Shown here: positions 17,297-26,884 of the stretch, piece after piece
Position numbering within the stretch: the first letter of the stretch is position 1
Layout: each line of letters begins with the position of its first letter
Origin: Actinomycetota bacterium
GTDB taxonomy: Bacteria; Actinomycetota; Acidimicrobiia; IMCC26256; VFJJ01
Assembly (NCBI GenBank): GCA_009886115.1
Contig: VFJJ01000064.1
Span: 1-50,785 of the forward strand
DNA length: 50,785 nt
Direction of reading: 5' to 3'
Position numbers and translations under genes: made by a program
Notes under the pieces: model-generated
The model's database searches: none
What the model was told of the DNA's origin: nothing
What the model saw: only the letters and a program-made list of their open reading frames with translations

Positions 17297-17563
17297 TCAG
17301 CTGCTGACCTTCTGCAGCTTGGCGATGCGCTTGGCCAGACGGGACTTGCGGCGCGCGGCCTGGTTCTTGTGGATGACGCCCTTGGTCGCTGCCTTGTCCA
17401 GGCGCTTCTGGGCCAACTGCCACAGGGCACCGGCGTCGTCGCCCACCGCGCCGGCCTCGGCGTTCTTCTCGCGGGTGCGCAGCTCGGACTTGGTCGCCTT
17501 GTTGCGCACGCGGCGGATCTCGTTCTGACGGATCCGCTTGATCTGGCTCTTGATGTTCGCCAT
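17297..17563 (-). CDS. rpsT: 30S ribosomal protein S20
   Basis: [52 protein letters not shown]. Confidence 0.97.
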   Translation of the reverse strand: MANIKSQIKRIRQNEIRRVRNKATKSELRTREKNAEAGAVGDDAGALWQLAQKRLDKAATKGVIHKNQAARRKSRLAKRIAKLQKVSS

Positions 17564-17812
17564 GGTGCTTGGAGGACTCCCGCGGTGGATGCGTTGGGCG
17601 TTCGTGGTCGATCGCCACGGTCTTCTCGGAACTGCTGGGTTCTGGAACTGCTGGACCTTCGGTGCGGCTGTCGGGCGGATCGACGGATCCGAACCGAGTG
17701 CGGCACGGCCGGCGAAGGGTAGCAGGCCAACGCGAGCTGGGTCGCAGCGTGCCCTCGTGGGCCGACTACCCTCGAAGTTCCCACCTGTCGAGCCTGGCGG
17801 ACGAACGCGACC

Positions 17813-19618
17813 GTGAGCACTCCCTCCCCGTTGGTGGTCCCCCAGGACCGTCTGCGCGCCATCTCGGTCATCGCCCACATCGACCACGGCAAGAGCACCC
17901 TGGCCGATCGGCTGCTCGAGATGTGCGGCGCTGTCGACCCCCGCAACATGCGCGCCCAGTACCTCGACTCCATGGACCTCGAACGCGAGCGTGGGATCAC
18001 GATCAAGGCGCAGAACGTGCGTCTGCACCATCGCGGCTACGCCATCAGCCTCATCGACACGCCGGGGCACGTCGACTTCGGCTATGAGGTCTCGCGGTCG
18101 TTGGCCGCCTGCGAGGGCGTGATCCTGCTCGTCGACGCGTCGCAGGGGATCGAGGCCCAGACGCTGGCCAACTGCTACCAGGCCATCGAGCACGATCTCA
18201 CGATCGTGGCGGCCCTGAACAAGATCGACCTCCCCGCAGCCGATCCCGACCGGTACGCCGGCGAGATCGAGAAGGTGCTCGGCATCCCGGCCGAGGAGAT
18301 CCTCCGCATCTCGGCCAAGACCGGGGCGGGCGTCGAAGCCCTCCTCGACGCGGTGATCGACCGGGTGCCCGCACCCAAGGGCGATCCGAACGCGCCCTTG
18401 CAGGCCCTCATCTTCGACTCGCTCTACGACCCCTACCGAGGCGTGATCTCCGCGGTGCGGGTCTTCAACGGGACCCTGGTCTCGGGCTCGAAGGTCCTGT
18501 TCGTCCAGGCGGGCGACACCCACGAGGCCGAAGAGATCGGGTATCGCCTCCCGGCCAACTCGCCCGTCGACCGTCTGTCGCCCGGCGAGGTGGGCTACCT
18601 GATCGCCGGGATCAAGGATGTCGGCCAGGCCAAGGTGGGCGAGACCGTCACCACCACGACCAGGCCGGCCGCCGAGCTCTCGGGCTATCGCGAACCCAAG
18701 CCGATGGTGTTCTGCGGCCTGTACCCGGTGGAGGGCGACGAGTACCCGAACCTCCGCGACGCGCTCGACAAGCTCCGCCTCAACGACTCGTCGTTCACCT
18801 TCGAGCCCGAGACCTCGGGCGCGCTGGGCTTCGGGTTCCGCTGCGGCTTCCTCGGCTTGTTGCACATGGAGATCGTGCGTGAGCGCCTCGAACGCGAGTA
18901 CGACCTGTCACTGGTCGCGACGGCCCCGAGCGTCGAGTACCAGGCGTTCCTCGTCGACGGGCGGATGGAGGTCATCGACAACCCCTCGTCGATGCCCGAG
19001 CCGTCGAAGCTCGATCACATCGAGGAGCCCTTCGTGGCCATCTCGATCATCACGCCCACCGAGTTCCTCGGGTCGATCATGGACCTGGCCCAAGGACGGC
19101 GGGGCGAGATGAAGAAGATGGACTACATCTCGCCGGAGCGGGTCGAGATCCACTACGAGATCCCGCTGGGCGAGATCGTCATGGATTTCTTCGATCAGAT
19201 GAAGTCGCGCTCTCGCGGATACGCGTCACTCGACTACGAGCCGGCCGGCTACCGCACCTCGAGCCTGGTCAAGGTCGACGTGCTGTTGAACGGCGTTCCG
19301 GTCGACGCGTTCTCGACGATCGTGCATCGTGATCGGGCCAGCGACTACGGCAAGAAGATGGCATCGAAGCTCAGGGAGCTCATCCCTCGACAGCTCTTCG
19401 ACGTGCCCATCCAGGCCGCCATCGGCGGGCGGATCATCGCCAGGGAGACCGTCAAGGCCAAGCGCAAGGACGTGTTGGCCAAGTGCTACGGCGGCGACAT
19501 CACCCGCAAGCGCAAGCTCCTCGAGAAGCAAAAAGAAGGCAAGAAGCGGATGAAGAACATCGGCCGCGTCGAAGTCCCCCAAGAGGCCTTCATCTCCGCC
19601 CTCCGCCTCGACGACTGA
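17813..19618 (+). CDS. lepA: Translation elongation factor 4
   Basis: [61 protein letters not shown]. Confidence 0.98.
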   Translation: MSTPSPLVVPQDRLRAISVIAHIDHGKSTLADRLLEMCGAVDPRNMRAQYLDSMDLERERGITIKAQNVRLHHRGYAISLIDTPGHVDFGYEVSRSLAACEGVILLVDASQGIEAQTLANCYQAIEHDLTIVAALNKIDLPAADPDRYAGEIEKVLGIPAEEILRISAKTGAGVEALLDAVIDRVPAPKGDPNAPLQALIFDSLYDPYRGVISAVRVFNGTLVSGSKVLFVQAGDTHEAEEIGYRLPANSPVDRLSPGEVGYLIAGIKDVGQAKVGETVTTTTRPAAELSGYREPKPMVFCGLYPVEGDEYPNLRDALDKLRLNDSSFTFEPETSGALGFGFRCGFLGLLHMEIVRERLEREYDLSLVATAPSVEYQAFLVDGRMEVIDNPSSMPEPSKLDHIEEPFVAISIITPTEFLGSIMDLAQGRRGEMKKMDYISPERVEIHYEIPLGEIVMDFFDQMKSRSRGYASLDYEPAGYRTSSLVKVDVLLNGVPVDAFSTIVHRDRASDYGKKMASKLRELIPRQLFDVPIQAAIGGRIIARETVKAKRKDVLAKCYGGDITRKRKLLEKQKEGKKRMKNIGRVEVPQEAFISALRLDD

Positions 19619-19894
19619 CAGCGTCGGCGGGCGGCCGGCCGGGTTCGTGGCCGTGGTCGGGTCGCGTCGGTGGCCTTCGAGGCCGAGGCGTCGGGTGGGC
19701 CTCGAGCCGATCCGATCTAGTCGTGAGCGCGCCTGTGGTCGATGTTCGGCGAAGGGCAACGACGCCGAGATCTCGTGGGGCGCCTGGTTGGCACTACCGC
19801 CGTATCACGAATCGGTCGACTGACACGAAGCTGTTGAAGAACATCGGAGATGTTCTCGGATCGGGCACTTCCGCGGCCTACATCTCGGCTTCGG

Positions 19895-20155
19895 CTACTC
19901 GTCGGGCTCGGGCTGAGCCGATGCCGATGGAGTGCCGGCCGAGGGGGCGCCAGCTCGCGAAAGGCTCGCGGCGTAGAGATGCTGACCGACCTCGCTGACC
20001 AGGGCGGTGTCGCTCGATGCCCGGATGGCGGGGGCGCCGGGGCTGCCGCCGGGACCTGCAGACGGGTCGACGCTCTGGATCGTGGCCGTGGTGGCCAGGG
20101 CCGAGGACGCCATGTTGAGGGTTGAGAGTTGAGCTGCCGCCGCTTGTATTTGCAC
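19895..20155 (-). CDS. Small hypothetical protein (86 aa), possibly leaderless and sigma-28-dependent
   Basis: GTG 20155 gives MQIQAAAAQLSTLNMASSALATTATIQ..DTALVSEVGQHLYAASLSRA; sits 7 nt after a GTCGATAC box in an otherwise empty 600-bp gap. Confidence 0.45.
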   Translation of the reverse strand: MQIQAAAAQLSTLNMASSALATTATIQSVDPSAGPGGSPGAPAIRASSDTALVSEVGQHLYAASLSRAGAPSAGTPSASAQPEPDE

Positions 20156-20162
20156 GTCTGGT

Positions 20163-20192
20163 GTATCGACGCCCGAGTGGCTCAAGCCTGAG
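20163..20192 (-). promoter_or_regulatory. Candidate sigma-28 (FliA/WhiG) promoter CTCAGG-N16-GTCGATAC
   Basis: Resembles the better match at 24684-24712. Confidence 0.45.
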
Positions 20193-20216
20193 CCCCGGGG
20201 GCGCTCGGGCGACCGG

Positions 20217-21314
20217 TTAGGAAGCAATGCCCGAGATGACCCGGAGCTGCTGGGCAACGTCGGCCCAGCGTTGTGCAGCGTCGGGACGGGTCTGCCACAT
20301 CGAGGTCGCGAAGTGCGAGACGACCCGGTCGGCCAGACCCTGATAGCGATCGACGAGCGCGGCGGGAAGCCCGTTCCACGTGGCTTCGACCGCGTACTCG
20401 GCCAGCATCTCGTCGGTGAACGCTGCCGCCATGGCCGTGTGGTCGCCGGCCTTGAGACGCCCCTGGAGCTCCTCGCGCATCGCGCCCCAGCCGTGCACGT
20501 CGAGGCTCGGCTGGTACGCCGGTGTCGTGGCGTACCATGCCAGCTGCTGGCGGACGGCCGACCGTTGCGGGGCTCGCTCGTCCTCAGAATCGCCGACGAT
20601 CACGAAGCACGGGGCGCACACGGTGAACGGCGAGGCTCCGGGCCCGCTCCGCTCCGACGCCCGAACCTCCCGAACTTCCCGAACTTCCCGGCCCGCCCGG
20701 CCCGCCCGGCCCGCCTGCACCGCAGGCATGATCACCTCGGCCAGCGACCGCCGGGAGTGGAAGGGGTGCACGTGCAGACCGTCGGCGACCTCGCCGGCCA
20801 CCCGGGCCATCCGCGGACCCACGGCGCCGAGCCAGATGGGGACGTCGGGCCAGTCGTGAACCGGGGGCGTGAGCGTCGGGGGCAACAGCGTGTGCTGGTA
20901 GAACTCGCCCTCGAAGCGCAGCGGAGCCCGTTGGGCGAAGGCGTCGAAGATCGCCCGCAGCGCCAGCACGTACTCGCGCAGGCGCGCTGCAGGACGCGAG
21001 CCGTCGACCGAGAAACGGCGAGCGTTGTGGATGGGGATCTGCGACCCGAGGCCGAGCACGAAACGTCCGCGCGATGCCTCGGCGAGCTCCCACGCCATCT
21101 GCGCCGTGACCATGGGGGAACGGGGGAAGGCCAGCGCGACCGCCGTCCCCAGCGTGACGCGACGGGTGCTCACGGCGGCGATGGCCGATCCGAGGTACGC
21201 CTCCCGGCCGCCCTCGAGGAACCAGAGCCCGTCGAAGCCGAGCCGGTCGACGAGCGAGGCCGCTTCGGCGACGTCGAGCAGGGGGGAGGAAGGCAGGGCG
21301 ACGTCGAAGAGCAT
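20217..21314 (-). CDS. LLM-class, probably F420-dependent, oxidoreductase
   Basis: GFDGLWFLE, LGTAVALAFPRSPMVTA, GRFVLGLGSQIPIHNARRF, ADGLHVHPFHS, WYATTPAY. Confidence 0.9.
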   Translation of the reverse strand: MLFDVALPSSPLLDVAEAASLVDRLGFDGLWFLEGGREAYLGSAIAAVSTRRVTLGTAVALAFPRSPMVTAQMAWELAEASRGRFVLGLGSQIPIHNARRFSVDGSRPAARLREYVLALRAIFDAFAQRAPLRFEGEFYQHTLLPPTLTPPVHDWPDVPIWLGAVGPRMARVAGEVADGLHVHPFHSRRSLAEVIMPAVQAGRAGRAGREVREVREVRASERSGPGASPFTVCAPCFVIVGDSEDERAPQRSAVRQQLAWYATTPAYQPSLDVHGWGAMREELQGRLKAGDHTAMAAAFTDEMLAEYAVEATWNGLPAALVDRYQGLADRVVSHFATSMWQTRPDAAQRWADVAQQLRVISGIAS

Positions 21315-21362
21315 GGGGTCCGCTTCGGTAGGTGATCGGAGCCGGCCGCTACCGTAAACCGC

Positions 21363-22271
21363 ATGACCACGACCGCTCCCGACGCTGGGTCGCCCACGAC
21401 CACCGCCTCGGCCAACCCCATCCGGGGCGGCGCCGACTGGGTTCGTCACACCGACGGTTCCTTCGCCGACGACACCGACGTCCGCTACGAAACGGCGCAC
21501 TTCCCCGACGGCGCCATCGCCAAGATCACCATCTGCCGACCCGAGGTGCGCAACGCCTTCCGTCCCCGCACGCTCAACGAGTTGCGCGACGCGTTCGAGG
21601 TGGCACGCGACGATCCGACCGTCGGGGTGATCATCCTCACCGGCGAAGGCCACGAGGCGTTCTGCAGCGGCGGCGATCAGCGGGTGCGCGGCGACGACGG
21701 CTACAAGGACGAGCACGGGATCGGCCGGCTCAACGTGCTCGACCTCCAGGTGCAGATCCGGCGGTGCCCCAAGCCGGTCGTGGCCATGGTCGCCGGCTAC
21801 GCCATCGGTGGTGGTCACGTGCTGCACGTCGTGTGCGACCTCACCGTCGCCGCCGACAACGCCCGCTTCGGCCAGACCGGCCCCCGGGTGGGTTCGTTCG
21901 ACGGGGGGTTCGGCTCGGGGCTGCTCGCTCGGCACGTGGGGCAGAAGAAGGCCCGCGAGATCTGGTTCCTCTGCGAGCAGTACGACGCTGCAGCGGCGCT
22001 CGACATGGGCCTCGTGAACACGGTCGTTCCCCTGGCGGAGCTGGAGGAGACGACGGTCGCGTGGTGCCGGAAGATGCTCACGCACTCGCCGCTGGCCCTA
22101 CGGATGCTGAAGGCCTCGATGAACGCAGCCGACGACGGGCTCGCCGGTATCCAACAGCTCGCCGGCGACGCGACCCTCTTGTACTACCTGTCGGAGGAGG
22201 CCCAGGAGGGCCGTAACGCCTACGTCGAGAAGCGCCGGCCGGAGTTCGAGCGATTCCCCAAGCGTCCCTAA
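21363..22271 (+). CDS. menB: 1,4-dihydroxy-2-naphthoyl-CoA synthase
   Basis: [53 protein letters not shown]. Confidence 0.97.
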   Translation: MTTTAPDAGSPTTTASANPIRGGADWVRHTDGSFADDTDVRYETAHFPDGAIAKITICRPEVRNAFRPRTLNELRDAFEVARDDPTVGVIILTGEGHEAFCSGGDQRVRGDDGYKDEHGIGRLNVLDLQVQIRRCPKPVVAMVAGYAIGGGHVLHVVCDLTVAADNARFGQTGPRVGSFDGGFGSGLLARHVGQKKAREIWFLCEQYDAAAALDMGLVNTVVPLAELEETTVAWCRKMLTHSPLALRMLKASMNAADDGLAGIQQLAGDATLLYYLSEEAQEGRNAYVEKRRPEFERFPKRP

Positions 22272-22286
22272 GCGGTCGACCCTTCG

Positions 22287-24185
22287 ATGGCCACCAACCG
22301 CGGGCTGGGCCCGAGCGCTGACGACCACTCGGAACACGATGTCGACGCGCAGACGGCATTCGTCCGCACCGTCGTGGATGAGTGGGTGCGGGGTGGGCTC
22401 ACCGACGCGGTGGTGGCGCCTGGCTCACGCAACACGCCGTTGTCGATGGGCCTGCTGGGCGACGGGCGGGTGCGCGTGCACGTGCACGTCGACGAGCGAT
22501 CGGCGGGTTTCCTCGCCCTGGGTCTGACCAAGGCCACGGGTCGGGCCACGGTCGTGGTGTGCACCTCGGGCTCGGCCACGGTGAACCTGCACCCGGCCGT
22601 CGTCGAAGCCCATCACGGACAGGTCGCGTTGGTGGTGTGCACGGCCGACCGGCCCTGGGAGCTGCACGACACCGGGGCGCAGCAGACCATGCGCCAGCAC
22701 GGTCTGTACGGCGACGCCGTGCGCTGGGCGAGCGACGTCCCGGTGGCCGACTGGTCGGCTCGGAGCGCCTGGCGACCGCTTGCGGCCCGGGCGCTGCTCG
22801 ACGCGATGGGCGGACCGGGCCGCCCCCCGGGGCCGGTGCACCTGAACCTGGCCTTCCGGGAGCCGCTCGTGCTTCGAGGAGCGCCCGCGCCCGTGGTCGA
22901 GGGTCGGCCCGGCGGTGCCCCGTGGGTCGTATCGACCGCCATCGGCACCCGGCGAGCCGAGGCAGGCAGGGGGCCCGTCGCCGGTGCGGCCGCGGCCGAC
23001 GTGGCCCAGATGGCTCTTCGCCCGTTGGCTTCGAGGGGGGTCCTGGTGCTTGGGGCGGGCGCCGACGGGTGGCTCTCGGGAGGCGACGTCGAGCGGTTCG
23101 TCGCCAGCGCCGGGTGGCCGGTGCTCGCCGACGCCCTCTCGGGTCTACGGCTCCCGACCGTCGGCGTGGTCACGGCCTACGAGGCCATGCTGCGGTCGCC
23201 CGTCTTCGCCACGAATCACCGGCCCGAGGTCGTGGTCCGGGTCGGGGCCCCGCTCACCTCGAAGGTGACCACCCAGTGGCTCGCCGAAGCGCCCCACATC
23301 GTCGTCGATCCCCGTGCCGGGTGGGTCGACCCCACGCGAAGCGCTGTCGAGCGTGTGGCTGACGATCCCGCGCTGTTCCTGTCGAGCGTCGCGGTCCGAC
23401 TCGATCCCTCGTGGGCCGCGTCGTGGAGCACAGCCGACGCGCTCGCCCGGGCGGCCATCGACGACGCCATCGCCGGCTTCGGTGACGAGCTGTTCGAGGG
23501 ACGCGTCGCGTGCGACGTGGCCCAGGCCGTTCCCGACGGGGCGACCCTGGTGGTGGCGTCTTCGATGCCCGTGCGCGACCTCGAGGCGTTCATGCGACCT
23601 CGGGAACCCTTGCGGGTCATGGCGAATCGGGGGTTGAACGGGATCGACGGGTTCGTCTCCACCGTGATCGGCGTGGCGTTGGGGTCACCCCGGTCGTCCA
23701 CCGTCGGGCTCTGCGGCGATCTGGCGTTCCTGCACGACGCCAACGGGCTCATCGGAGCGCGACAGCGCGGCGTCGACGCCGTGCTCGTCGTCGTCGACAA
23801 CGACGGTGGCGGGATCTTCTCGTTCCTCCCCCAGGCCGACCTCGCCGATCAGGCGATGTTCGAGACCCTCTGGGGAACCCCCCACGGTGTCGATCTCGCG
23901 GCGCTGGCCGCGGCGCACGGGGTGCCCACGGCCATCGTGCGCAGCGCCGCCGACGTCGGGCCTTCGGTCGCTGCCGCAGTGGCCGCCGGGGGAGTGCGTG
24001 TGGTGCTCGTTCGCACCGACCGCCGTCGCAACGTCGACCAGCACCGAGCCGTCTGGCTGGCGGTCGATCAGCGGTTGGGCGAGAACGCGTTGCGCAGCTC
24101 CACGAGCACGTCGGCCACGGCGTCGAGCATCGTGTCGTCGCCGGAATCGAACGCCGCGACGAGACGCTCGTTGCAGAAGTCGTAG
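22287..24185 (+). CDS. menD: SEPHCHC synthase
   Basis: APGSRNTPL, VDERSAGF, CTSGSATVNLHPAVVEA, TADRP, SSMPVRD, NRGLNGIDG, GDLAFLHDANG, DNDGGGIF. Confidence 0.95.
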   Translation: MATNRGLGPSADDHSEHDVDAQTAFVRTVVDEWVRGGLTDAVVAPGSRNTPLSMGLLGDGRVRVHVHVDERSAGFLALGLTKATGRATVVVCTSGSATVNLHPAVVEAHHGQVALVVCTADRPWELHDTGAQQTMRQHGLYGDAVRWASDVPVADWSARSAWRPLAARALLDAMGGPGRPPGPVHLNLAFREPLVLRGAPAPVVEGRPGGAPWVVSTAIGTRRAEAGRGPVAGAAAADVAQMALRPLASRGVLVLGAGADGWLSGGDVERFVASAGWPVLADALSGLRLPTVGVVTAYEAMLRSPVFATNHRPEVVVRVGAPLTSKVTTQWLAEAPHIVVDPRAGWVDPTRSAVERVADDPALFLSSVAVRLDPSWAASWSTADALARAAIDDAIAGFGDELFEGRVACDVAQAVPDGATLVVASSMPVRDLEAFMRPREPLRVMANRGLNGIDGFVSTVIGVALGSPRSSTVGLCGDLAFLHDANGLIGARQRGVDAVLVVVDNDGGGIFSFLPQADLADQAMFETLWGTPHGVDLAALAAAHGVPTAIVRSAADVGPSVAAAVAAGGVRVVLVRTDRRRNVDQHRAVWLAVDQRLGENALRSSTSTSATASSIVSSPESNAATRRSLQKS

Positions 24186-24580
24186 AGCGCGCACAGCACG
24201 TCGACGGTGGCGGCTTCGGGATCGTCGTCGAGGTCGTGCACCTCGGCCAGCGCTCGGAGCTCGGTCAGCATCCGCCGGGCCCGGCCGATCTCGTTCTGGG
24301 CGATCGCCTGGAGCGCCGAGCTCTCGTTGAGCAGTGCCCGACGGGCCCGCGCCAGCGACTGGAGCGCCGAGTCGGCAAGGGTGAAGCGCAGGGTCTGCGC
24401 CGCGAGGCCCCAGTCGTAGGACTCACAGCTGACCGTTCCACGGCGGTCGAACAGCTCGGCGCCGAAGCCGGGCTCGACCTCCATCTCGTCGGGCAGCACC
24501 AGCTCACCGGGGACGGCGAAGAGCGGCTCGGCGGTCAGGTCGATGAGAACCGGGCAGGCATAGGTCGGACGAACGAGCAT
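24068..24580 (-). CDS. FliS-like flagellin chaperone-family protein with N-terminal extension
   Basis: GGAG RBS before ATG 24580. C-terminal part ALQSLARARRAL..IGRARRMLTELR..LCALYDFCNERLVAA..DDTMLDAVADVLVELRNAF follows the FliS helical pattern (LY.Y...RL..A......LDEV..LL.ELR.AW). Confidence 0.65.
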   Translation of the reverse strand: MLVRPTYACPVLIDLTAEPLFAVPGELVLPDEMEVEPGFGAELFDRRGTVSCESYDWGLAAQTLRFTLADSALQSLARARRALLNESSALQAIAQNEIGRARRMLTELRALAEVHDLDDDPEAATVDVLCALYDFCNERLVAAFDSGDDTMLDAVADVLVELRNAFSPNR

Positions 24581-24683
24581 CACCACTCCAAGAGAGCGTC
24601 GGAGGCCTGGGTTGCCGTCGAAGAGGCCCCAGCCCGTGTGATGGTCAATCCGTGACCAGTTTACGAATCCGTCAGCGCCCCTG

Positions 24684-24712
24684 GTATCGGCGGATGGCAG
24701 GCGGTCCTTGAG
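24684..24712 (-). promoter_or_regulatory. Sigma-28 (FliA/WhiG)-type promoter CTCAAG-N15-GCCGATAC
   Basis: Near-consensus -10 GCCGATA and TCAA -35, about 100 nt upstream of the FliS-like gene, in the gap after menF. Confidence 0.7.
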
Positions 24713-24751
24713 GCCGATCTCACCGTGCGTGGCGTCCCGCGCCGGCGCCCG

Positions 24752-26092
24752 TCACACCTGGACGAGGGCACGCAGCATGGGCTCGAGCTTGGCTTGGCTC
24801 TCCGCCCACTCGGCGTCGGGGTCGGAGCCCTCGACGATGCCGCATCCGGCGACGAGTCGGGCGCGGCGCCCGTCGAGATCGGCGCAGCGGAGCGCGACCG
24901 CCCACTCGCCGTCACCGGCGGCGTCGACCCAGCCGACGGGCCCGGCGTATCGACCGCGATCGAAGCCCTCGAGCTCGAGCATCAAGGCGATGGCCTCGCC
25001 CGTGGGAACCCCGCCCACGGCGGGCGTCGGATGGAGCAGCCCGGCCAGGGCGAGCGCGGTCGGCGCGGGCGTGCGCAACGCCGCCTCGATGCGCGTGGTG
25101 AGGTGGGCGACGGTCGGTAGGCGGGTGATCGACGGTCGCTCCGGCACGACGAGTCGTCGGCTCACGGACTTCAGCGCGCGCTCGATGGCCTCGACGGTCA
25201 GCCGGTGCTCGGCCAGATCCTTGCCGCTGACGGCCAACTCGGCGATCAGCCGCTCGTCGTCGCCCGCGCCCTGGCGGACGGTGCCGGCCATGGGACCACA
25301 CTCCGCACGATCCCCGGTCCGGCTCACGAGGAGCTCGGGGCTCGCACCGACGAACGACGCGTCGCCGTAGATGTAGGAGATCGGATTGGTGTCGCGCAGG
25401 CGTCGCAGGACGGCCGTCCGGTCGAAGGGCGCGTCGGCGTCGACGCTCACCTCCCGGGCGAGCACCACCTTCTCGAGCCGGCCGTCCTTGATGGCGGCGA
25501 CGGCCTGCTCGACGGCGTCGACCCACTGCCCGGGGGTGCGCACCGAATGCACGGTGAAGCGTCCCGGGACCCGGCGACGGACGGCCCGGTTCCCGCCCCT
25601 GCCCTCGACGCCGCTGTTTGCGCCGCTGCCGCTGGCGCCCTGGTTGCGGAACGGGTCGGTGCCCTCGGTGCCCTCGGTGCACTCCGCCGCGCCAGCGCGG
25701 TCGTCGGGACCGACGAGGTCGGTGCGCCACCAGCGCCCGGTCGGATCCCGCCCGACCATGGTGGTGGGGATCCGGATCTCGCCGTGCTGGTCGCGGTCGA
25801 AGGGCAGCGCGCCCACGGCTCGGGGACGGGCGAGGGCGCCGACGCCGTCCGGATCGTCGATCACGATCGCCGCGAGGAGCTCGGCTGCCGTGCGTGCGGC
25901 CCGGGCCAGCCGAGCCGGCCCGGTGGGCACGGCGATACGTCGTGCGGTGCCGCTCGTGACGAAGCCGTGCCCCTCCCTGAGCCACACGAAGCCGTCGAGC
26001 GCCGCATGATCGAGCAGATCGTCGGTTCCCGCGGAGGTGGTGGGCTCCAGCCAACGAACCCGGGCCGTGACCGGGCGGACGTGGTCGGTCAC
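24752..26092 (-). CDS. menF: Isochorismate synthase
   Basis: GTG 26092 overlaps the menG stop; KVVLAREV, FVGASPELL, MAGT, KDLAEH, LHPTPAVGG, DRGRYAGPVGW, ALRCA, GCGIVEGSDPDAEWAE. Confidence 0.92.
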   Translation of the reverse strand: MTDHVRPVTARVRWLEPTTSAGTDDLLDHAALDGFVWLREGHGFVTSGTARRIAVPTGPARLARAARTAAELLAAIVIDDPDGVGALARPRAVGALPFDRDQHGEIRIPTTMVGRDPTGRWWRTDLVGPDDRAGAAECTEGTEGTDPFRNQGASGSGANSGVEGRGGNRAVRRRVPGRFTVHSVRTPGQWVDAVEQAVAAIKDGRLEKVVLAREVSVDADAPFDRTAVLRRLRDTNPISYIYGDASFVGASPELLVSRTGDRAECGPMAGTVRQGAGDDERLIAELAVSGKDLAEHRLTVEAIERALKSVSRRLVVPERPSITRLPTVAHLTTRIEAALRTPAPTALALAGLLHPTPAVGGVPTGEAIALMLELEGFDRGRYAGPVGWVDAAGDGEWAVALRCADLDGRRARLVAGCGIVEGSDPDAEWAESQAKLEPMLRALVQV

Positions 26093-26817
26093 GGGCGCGA
26101 TCCCGTGAGGAGCTGGGCGATACCACCCGAGAGTGGCCGGTGCTCCACCATCGTGAAGCCCGCTCGACCGAGCAGCTCGATCAACCGGGCCCGGGGCGGA
26201 AGGTACGCCGCCGACTTCGGCAGGTAGCGATACGCCGAGCGGTCGGACAGGAGCCCCCCCACGATGGGGACGACCCGCTGGAAGTAGACCCGGTGCCCGG
26301 CCCGCACGAGCCGGTTCCCCGGCACGTCGACCTCGAGGAGAGCGATCCGCCCCCCGGGCCGGACGACGCGGTGGGCCTCGGCGAGGAACGGCTCGAGCTC
26401 GACGAAGTTCCGCAGGGCGAAGCCGCACACCAGCCCGTCGACCGAGCCGGTGCGCACGCCCAGCTCCAGGGCGTCGCCCCGCACGACAGGGGAGCGGCCG
26501 CGATGTGCCGCCAGCATGCCGGCCGATCGGTCGACGCCGACGGCGACGAGCCCCTGCCGGAGCAGCTCACGAGACAGGTCGCCCGTCCCGCACGCCAGGT
26601 CGAGCACCCGCGACCCCGCCGGGAGGGCGAGGCTGCGCACGGTCCGGCGCCGCCACCGCACGTCGAGCCCGAACGTCATCACCCGGTTCACGAGGTCGTA
26701 GCGGGGCGCGATCCGGTCGAACATGGCGTCGACCGTCGTGACCTTCTCGGACCCTCGCGGCAGGGCGCGTTCGACGGCTGGGCCGCGAGAGGATCGGATC
26801 GGCTTCACGGGGGTCAT
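26089..26817 (-). CDS. menG: Demethylmenaquinone methyltransferase (MenG/UbiE)
   Basis: MFDRIAPRYDLVNRVMTFGLDVRWR, VLDLACGTGD, GFALRN, AYRYLPKS. Confidence 0.93.
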   Translation of the reverse strand: MTPVKPIRSSRGPAVERALPRGSEKVTTVDAMFDRIAPRYDLVNRVMTFGLDVRWRRRTVRSLALPAGSRVLDLACGTGDLSRELLRQGLVAVGVDRSAGMLAAHRGRSPVVRGDALELGVRTGSVDGLVCGFALRNFVELEPFLAEAHRVVRPGGRIALLEVDVPGNRLVRAGHRVYFQRVVPIVGGLLSDRSAYRYLPKSAAYLPPRARLIELLGRAGFTMVEHRPLSGGIAQLLTGSRP

Positions 26818-26884
26818 GGGCGCTCCGAGTGTAGGAGTGCCCGTCCAGGGCCCCCTGAACCGAGCGGATGGAGCCGGGTGTCGA

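Noticed and set aside
24068..24580. RsiG (WhiG anti-sigma) identity for the helical ORF
   Set aside because: It lacks the ExxxSxxRxxxQxxxD c-di-GMP motif; the FliS pattern fits better.
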